In this document: piece by piece, positions 57,739 through 64,000 of the stretch
How the letters are laid out: the number at the start of each line of letters is the position of its first letter
Position numbering within the stretch: position 1 is the stretch's first letter
Program-made: the position numbers and the translations under genes
Assembly (NCBI GenBank): GCA_965214775.1
Contig: OZ243974.1
Location: forward strand, 2,656,001-2,720,000
Direction: 5' to 3'
Length of the DNA stretch: 64,000 nt
Source of the DNA: Nitrosopumilus sp.
GTDB lineage: Archaea; Thermoproteota; Nitrososphaeria; Nitrososphaerales; Nitrosopumilaceae
The notes under the pieces: model-generated
The model's database searches: none
What the model saw: the letters and a program-made list of their open reading frames with translations, nothing else
Told to the model about the DNA's origin: nothing

Positions 57739-58325
57739 GCCGCCGAATCATACTTTCAGCAGTGGTGGTGGTGGCGGTGCTGCTGCCGGCACTCCTGCTG
57801 TTCGTGCCAGGACAGACGCATGTGGAACACATGCAGACGGCGTTCCCACACACTGACAAGACGGTTGCAATACAACACTCCGATGAGGTTGCATTCACGC
57901 TTCAGGAACGAGCGAAACACAGCGATCTGGTGATCGAGGGCGTGGTGAGCAACATGGCCTCTGTGAAGAAGCAGATGGATCCGGCCGATGACGGCTACTG
58001 GGTCTTCACAATCGTCACGGTGAAGGTAAGCGATGTCTTCAAGGGCGAGACGGATGAGGGAACCGTAGACGTACAGCTGTATGGCGGGGAAACTGACGAC
58101 ATGATAGCTGTGTTCGATAGGCATGACGTCGGGATCAACGACGATGTCATAATGTTCCTAGAGAAAAATTCGGACGGCATAGCCGGTGACAGTTATGCCC
58201 TGGTCGGCCCCACGTCTGGAATGTATCTGATCGAAGGAGACTCTGCCAAGCACTACCACGAGGAAATGTCGCTGACGGCAGGGAGTCTGAGGGATGCAGT
58301 CAAGGCAGCACATGGCCTCAACTGA
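57735..58325 (+). CDS. secreted hypothetical protein
   Basis: Signal peptide; SDLVIEGVV..V.DVFKG..GGE pattern; overlaps the peptidase stop. Confidence 0.75.
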   Translation: MSRRIILSAVVVVAVLLPALLLFVPGQTHVEHMQTAFPHTDKTVAIQHSDEVAFTLQERAKHSDLVIEGVVSNMASVKKQMDPADDGYWVFTIVTVKVSDVFKGETDEGTVDVQLYGGETDDMIAVFDRHDVGINDDVIMFLEKNSDGIAGDSYALVGPTSGMYLIEGDSAKHYHEEMSLTAGSLRDAVKAAHGLN

Positions 58326-58332
58326 GGCATTC

Positions 58333-58889
58333 CTATTTTTTTCTATGCACATAGATCCTTTCCGCTACGAGTCCCATGACCACTATGAGCAGGCCCGCTG
58401 CTAGGGCGCCTGTTAGCGACAGGCCGGCATCCGAATCGGCGCCGGGATCCACCTGGACGCTTGCAGTCCGGAGTGCCAGCGGAACCAGGCCTGCAATGCC
58501 GATCGCCACGAACTTCACGCCGCCTAGAATCCGTTTCAACAACCTGTCCTCGTCCTCCTCTTGCATGCCCGGCAACGCAAGCAGTCCTTTGGGTATTCCA
58601 AAGTGCCTGTGTTCGATGCCCTTCTTGGTGATCCTCTTGTAGGTAATATCGACTAGGCGATTGACTCCATCTTGTGTAGGTGGTGGACCACCAGGTTTGG
58701 GCGCAATCCCAGTTTTTTTGCAATTTCATTCACGTACATCTCGTGGCTGATCAGCGCCTTGACAATGCTGCGGCCAGACTCGTTGCCAAGTATCCCCCCC
58801 CCCAGCACCTTCAGTGACTCATCCGAAGAAAAAACTTTGATCCTGAGATCCTCGTCCTTACCCACGTCTGCATGCCTCAGTCTTCCCAT
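58333..58889 (-). pseudogene. membrane-anchored ArsR-like HTH regulator, frameshifted
   Basis: EMYVNEIAKKLGLRPNLVVHHLHKM HTH; one base missing near 58657 separates LVDITYKRI.. and two transmembrane helices. Confidence 0.7.
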
Positions 58890-59071
58890 ATGTATCTGAC
58901 CCGTGGCGGTGCAGACGACTACGTACGGATCTACAGGCAGTGGGTCATGACTTTAATTCTGCCTAGGGGCTATCCTAGCACTCCTCCTCCTCCGTCGCCG
59001 CCACAACCTGCTACGGCGTAGACCGCCTGAAAACTTTTGCTTGCCAACATAATGCAGATCGTATTTTGGAT

Positions 59072-62000
59072 TTATTCTGTCTTGTCGTATGGCTCTATTG
59101 GATCAGTCGTGGTCTTGTTACTCTTGCGCCACTCCAGAGTCCTGACAAACGAATCGGCAAGCTCTATCGTAGTCAGGACAGGGATGCCAAGCTCGATTGC
59201 CTTTCTTCTGATTTGATATTCATCATCAAGCATTCCGACGTATTTTTCAATCGTAGAAGTACTAGGTATGTTTATGATAAAGTCGATGCTTCGCTTGTAA
59301 AGCAGATCAGCGATGTTTGGCTGGCGGTCAGGCTCTGAAATCTTGTGAACAATCTCAATGCCTCCCACTTTTTCTTCAAAGAACTCTGCAGTGTGCTCTG
59401 TTGCCATAATCTTGAATCCAAGTTGTCTTAATTTTGCAATGGAAGACAATAACTTCTCCTTGTTCTCTGTTCCCCCAACCGTAACAACTGCGGTTCCCGT
59501 CTCTGGCAGGTTGTATCCGACCGAGGTCAGTCCTTTTGATAGTGCATCATAGAAACTCGTGCCAAAGCATGCAGCCTCGCCGGTTGACTGCATCTCCACT
59601 CCCAGTGCAATGTCTGCACCGTCTAACTGCATAAATGAGAACTGGGGAACCTTGATTCCGTAATTGTGGATTTTCTGCCACTTGTCCTCAGGGATTCTGG
59701 GCAGGGGCTTGTCCAAAATGGCCTTGGATGCCAGGGAGATCAGGTTTGTTTTGACCAGTTTTGAGACAAACGGCATGGAACGTGATGCACGTATATTCAG
59801 TTCTATAACATATACATGATCATCGTTTACCAGGAATTGCAGGTTAAACGGCCCTTTGACATTAAAGGTCAGCGCAATCCGCTTGGTATAATCTGCAATT
59901 GTTTCGATGATTTTGTTGCTTAGCCTCCAAGGAGGAATGCACATCATCGCATCGCCAGAGTGAACGCCTGCACTGTCAATGTGTTCTACGATAGCTCCGA
60001 TGATTGCTTCCTTGCCGTTGCTTATCCCGTCAACGTCAACTTCCAAAGAATTTAGCATGAACTTTGAGATTACAACCGGATGGTCCGGCGACACATCGGT
60101 TGCCTCTTTGACATATGTTTTGAGCTCTTCTGGCGACCATACCACCTTCATTGCAGCACCGGACAAGACATAAGATGGCCTGACAATCACGGGAAATCCG
60201 ACATCCTGCGCAAATGACTTTGCATCATTAAGACTGGAGAATGCCTGCCACTTGGGCTGTCCGATGTGGAGATGATCAAGTTCTGCACTAAACTTTGAGC
60301 GATCTTCGGCCCTGTCAACGTCATGGGCCGATGTCCCCAGAATGTTTACACCGCGTTCGGCCAGACCGGGAGTCAGGTTGTTTGCCGTTTGCCCCCCAAC
60401 ACACGTGATGATGCCCTTTGGATTCTCAAAGTCAGAGATGTCCAGCAGTCTTTCCTGGGTCAACTCTTCAAAGTACAGTCTGGTACATATGTCATAGTCA
60501 GTCGATACTGTCTCAGGATTGCAGTTTACGACTGAGACATTCTTTTCCCCGTTTTCCTGCAAACCCCAAACCATGTTTACGGTTCCCCAGTCAAACTCCA
60601 CGCTGCTTCCAATTCTGTATGGGCCTGCGCCGACTACCACGATCCCCTGCTCGTCTTTTGGAATCTCAATGTCATGGGAAAATCCGCCGTATGTGAGATA
60701 CAGATAGTTAGTTATGGCAGGCCATTCGGCTGCAAGAGTGTCAATCTGCTTTACTGCAGGAACCACGCCTAGATTTTTGCGTATTTTACGCACCTCATCA
60801 GACGTTGTATCCTTGGAGCGGGCAATCTGTCTGTCTGAGAATCCAAGCTTCTTTGCCTCCCACATCATGGATTTTTCCAGTTCTGACTCTTTGAGCTTGC
60901 CTTCTGCATCAACGATATTCTGAATCTTTTGGATAAACCAGGGATCAATTGCAGAGAGTTTGTAGATTCTCTCAGGTGAAACCCCCATTTTCAACGCAAC
61001 TGCGACGTTGTACAGAATCTGATCATCATGGTTGGATAGTTTGAATTCAATATCTTCTTCCGTGTACTTTTCTGTTCCATCTGCACGATTCAGCACCAGT
61101 CCATCGTTTCCAATGTCAAGCATTCTGATTGCCTTTTGAAGGGACTCTTCAAACGTGCGTCCGATTGCCATGACTTCGCCGACTGATTTCATTGTCACGC
61201 CAAGCTTGCGATTGACTTGATCAAACTTTGCAAAGTCCCACCGCGGATGCTTGCACACTATATAATCAAGCGAGGGCTCAAAGCACGCAGTCGTGCTCTT
61301 TGTAATTCGGTTGACGAGCTCAGGCAGGCTGTAACCCAATCCGATTTTAGCTGACATGTATGCAAGCGGGTATCCTGTTGCCTTGCTTGCAAGTGCCGAG
61401 GAACGGGACAGGCGGGGGTTGATTTCAATTGCAACGTATCTGTCTGAATCTGCATCCAACGCGTATTGGATGTTGCATTCGCCGACAATTCCAACATGCC
61501 TTGTCGCACGCAAGGCAGCTGAACGCAGCATGTGGTATTCGTGGTTGTCAATTGTCTGGGATGGCGCAACTACAATGTTATCACCGGTGTGAACCTTCAT
61601 TGAAAGGACGTTTTCCATGTTGCAGACAATTACGCTGTTGCCGTCATAGTCCTGCATTACCTCATATTCGATCTGCTTCCAGTGACCGATGTATTCCTCG
61701 ATTAGGACTTGGCCGACAAGGCTTGCGTTCAGGCCCCGCTCTACAATTTCGTGCAGTTCGATCTCGTTGTGGGCGATTCCGCCGCCACGGCCACCCAGGG
61801 TATATGCAACCCTGATGATGACAGGATAGCCAAGATCCTTGGCTGTTTTCTTTGCGTCATCAAAGTTAGTCACAGTCTTGCTCTTGAGGATCGGGACGCC
61901 GGCCTCAGTCATCTGATCCTTGAAGAGCTGCCTGTCCTCGGTGTTTTTGATGCCTTGAACCTGTGTTCCAAGCACTTTGACGCCGTATTTTTGCAGGATT

Positions 62001-62317
62001 CCGGCTTCATCTAGCTTGACTCCGCAGTTCAGGGCAGTCTGGCCGCCATAGGCCAGCATGATTCCGTCTGGCCTTTCCTTCTCTACAACGGATTCGACAT
62101 ACTGCAGATTTACTGGGAGGAGGTAGACCCGGTCTGCAAATCTCGTATCGGTTTGAATCGTTGCAATGTTTGGGTTGATCAGGACGCTCTTGAGTCCGTC
62201 CTCGCGGATTGCTTTGAGGCACTGGCTTCCCGAATAGTCAAATTCGCCGGCCTCGCCAATTTTAATGGCGCCACTTCCCAGAACAAGAATTTTGTCTAGT
62301 GATTGATTTTTTGGCAT
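59072..62317 (-). CDS. carB: carbamoyl-phosphate synthase large subunit
   Basis: GEAGEFDYSG, two ATP-grasp domains and an MGS domain. Confidence 0.97.
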   Translation of the reverse strand: MPKNQSLDKILVLGSGAIKIGEAGEFDYSGSQCLKAIREDGLKSVLINPNIATIQTDTRFADRVYLLPVNLQYVESVVEKERPDGIMLAYGGQTALNCGVKLDEAGILQKYGVKVLGTQVQGIKNTEDRQLFKDQMTEAGVPILKSKTVTNFDDAKKTAKDLGYPVIIRVAYTLGGRGGGIAHNEIELHEIVERGLNASLVGQVLIEEYIGHWKQIEYEVMQDYDGNSVIVCNMENVLSMKVHTGDNIVVAPSQTIDNHEYHMLRSAALRATRHVGIVGECNIQYALDADSDRYVAIEINPRLSRSSALASKATGYPLAYMSAKIGLGYSLPELVNRITKSTTACFEPSLDYIVCKHPRWDFAKFDQVNRKLGVTMKSVGEVMAIGRTFEESLQKAIRMLDIGNDGLVLNRADGTEKYTEEDIEFKLSNHDDQILYNVAVALKMGVSPERIYKLSAIDPWFIQKIQNIVDAEGKLKESELEKSMMWEAKKLGFSDRQIARSKDTTSDEVRKIRKNLGVVPAVKQIDTLAAEWPAITNYLYLTYGGFSHDIEIPKDEQGIVVVGAGPYRIGSSVEFDWGTVNMVWGLQENGEKNVSVVNCNPETVSTDYDICTRLYFEELTQERLLDISDFENPKGIITCVGGQTANNLTPGLAERGVNILGTSAHDVDRAEDRSKFSAELDHLHIGQPKWQAFSSLNDAKSFAQDVGFPVIVRPSYVLSGAAMKVVWSPEELKTYVKEATDVSPDHPVVISKFMLNSLEVDVDGISNGKEAIIGAIVEHIDSAGVHSGDAMMCIPPWRLSNKIIETIADYTKRIALTFNVKGPFNLQFLVNDDHVYVIELNIRASRSMPFVSKLVKTNLISLASKAILDKPLPRIPEDKWQKIHNYGIKVPQFSFMQLDGADIALGVEMQSTGEAACFGTSFYDALSKGLTSVGYNLPETGTAVVTVGGTENKEKLLSSIAKLRQLGFKIMATEHTAEFFEEKVGGIEIVHKISEPDRQPNIADLLYKRSIDFIINIPSTSTIEKYVGMLDDEYQIRRKAIELGIPVLTTIELADSFVRTLEWRKSNKTTTDPIEPYDKTE

Positions 62318-62318
62318 T

Positions 62319-63488
62319 TTATTTCTCCATCAGCTGTCTTAGCTCTTCAAATACAAACTTGCAATCATAAGGGCCCGGAGCAGCTTCGGGATGAAATTGG
62401 ACTGCAATGCATTTCCTTGATTTGTGCCTTATTCCTTCAACTGTTTTGTCATCGGCGTTTGTAAACCACAGGCCAAAGTTGGATTTTTCAAGCGACTCGG
62501 GTTTTATTCCGTATCCGTGGTTCTGGCTTGTGACATAAACCTGGTTTGTTTCCAGATTGACGCAAGGCTTGTTTTGTCCTCTGTGGCCATACTTTAGTTT
62601 GTAGGTCTCAGTGTTTCCTGCAATGCCGATTATTTGCGCGCCAAGACAGATTCCAAGTGTCGGAACATCGTTTTCAATTAGCTGTTTGGCCGTCTGAATT
62701 GTTGCAGGACAGTTTTGTGGATCACCGGGCCCGCTGCTCAGAACGACTCCTTTTGGATTGTAAGACATTATTTTTTCATACGGCGTATCCCACGGGACAA
62801 GAATTGCTCTATAGCCAAGTTCCCTGATGTTTCTTAGAATTGCAAACTTTGCACCGGTATCAATTACTACCACCGTTGCTTCTGTTGCCTGCTCTTTATC
62901 ATCACCATAAACTTTTTCCTCCTTGGTGGAAACTGAGTCCATAAATTGCTCAGAATTGTAATGAGGGGCCTCAGAGAGTTGTTTTTTGACTGACTCGGCA
63001 TCAATCTCAGCATCAGACACTGCAAGGGCAGCCATCATGACGCCGCCGGTTCTGAGTTTCTTTGTCAGTGCCCTAGTGTCAATTTTGGCAATTCCGGGAA
63101 CTTTTTCATTGTGCATCCATTCATCCAAGGTCATTGAGAGGTTCCAGTGACTTGCCGTATGCGATAATTCATGGACTACAAGACCTCTTGCTTGAATCTT
63201 GTCTGCCTCAAAGTATTTTGGAATACCATCATCGTCTGCAATTTTTGGATCTGGAACTCCATAATTCCCAACAAGGGGGTAGGTTAGCGTAAGGATTTGT
63301 CCTTTGTAGGAAGGGTCAGTGAGTGCTTCTGTGTATCCGACCATTCCGGTATTAAATACAATTTCGCCAAAAACAGTCGTAGAATATCCAAAGCCTTCAC
63401 CTTCAAGAACAGTGCCGTCATCAAAAACGAGCTTTCCGAACTTTTTTGTGTGGATTGATTTCTTTGTGGATATTGTGACCCTCAGCAA
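62319..63488 (-). CDS. carA: carbamoyl-phosphate synthase small subunit
   Basis: GEIVFNTGMVGY, GICLG, SQNHGY and QFHPE motifs; exact start uncertain. Confidence 0.96.
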   Translation of the reverse strand: MLRVTISTKKSIHTKKFGKLVFDDGTVLEGEGFGYSTTVFGEIVFNTGMVGYTEALTDPSYKGQILTLTYPLVGNYGVPDPKIADDDGIPKYFEADKIQARGLVVHELSHTASHWNLSMTLDEWMHNEKVPGIAKIDTRALTKKLRTGGVMMAALAVSDAEIDAESVKKQLSEAPHYNSEQFMDSVSTKEEKVYGDDKEQATEATVVVIDTGAKFAILRNIRELGYRAILVPWDTPYEKIMSYNPKGVVLSSGPGDPQNCPATIQTAKQLIENDVPTLGICLGAQIIGIAGNTETYKLKYGHRGQNKPCVNLETNQVYVTSQNHGYGIKPESLEKSNFGLWFTNADDKTVEGIRHKSRKCIAVQFHPEAAPGPYDCKFVFEELRQLMEK

Positions 63489-64000
63489 TTCCGCAATACT
63501 TTGAATTTAAGTTTTTGGAGAAATGAAAAATCACATCTGTGATCGCAGAAATCTATCTCAGAGTAGCCAGATGCTTTTTTGAAAACCTGCCTGCAGTTCC
63601 CCCTCTTGGTGTCCTCCTTAAAGGAGAAGGCAGTCCTTTGATAGCATGCCCCATAGGAAAGGTTGCCATCTGATCGACGGTTCCTTGCAGATTCTCTCCG
63701 TTTTTTTTCTTTTTTGTCAAGACGGGGGCTGTCCAAAAAATTTCCAAGAGGCTGCCATAATCTGCCAGTCTGCCCCCCTCCCATATGCGGACAGATTCAG
63801 ATGTAGAACGGGACATTTTCGGCCAACCATGCGCAAAAGACAACGTAAATATCCGTGCGGGCCATATCTTACGGTAATGCTGCGGTTCACCAACTGATCT
63901 GGACCCCGTATTTTCGAACCACTTTTTGGGCGTTTTTGCGTAGCTCTGGCATCATCATTTGCCTGCCTCCCTTTGGTGCCGTACAATGAACTCCATCGGA

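Noticed and set aside
63553-64000. Riboswitch or CDS upstream of carA
   Set aside because: No recognisable aptamer or protein motif; GGGGCTGTCC at about 63725 may start another element, but the window ends before this can be tested.

Overview
This is a 64 kb chromosomal window from a Nitrosopumilus-like ammonia-oxidising archaeon (Nitrosopumilaceae; inferred from gene content and protein style). An AT-richer core carries endA, a tandem SDR, PINA ATPase, tldD, udg, mpg, oppD, aspS, ilvB-ilvN-leuA-leuB, lsrF, A-ATPase subunit F and carAB. The core is interrupted by GC-richer accessory blocks and a dense set of insertion sequences (IS630, IS481, several IS5 types, IS66-like, IS110, ISH3 and IS6-like remnants), often nested. 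At least seven MITE families are present, three with a related transposase-coding element in the window. Several genes can be rebuilt by removing insertions (tldD, a GNAT toxin, two transposases), and others are decaying by frameshift. This pattern suggests IS expansion in a possibly host-associated lineage (inference). The most interesting candidates are: (1) a two-armed non-coding structure at 10041-10216 with IS110 bridge-RNA-like architecture and a guide-like match to its own end; (2) a 21-codon Leu/Val/Ile-rich leader ORF directly behind the TATA box of the ilvB-ilvN-leuA-leuB cluster, suggesting attenuation-like control in an archaeon; (3) a doubly interrupted GNAT toxin-antitoxin pair; (4) a tandem SDR resembling the N-terminal half of Chloroflexus malonyl-CoA reductase; (5) a 1763-aa surface protein with a degenerate reprolysin-type zinc motif. 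No rRNA, intact tRNA or CRISPR array was recognised. All calls come from reading the sequence; no searches were run.
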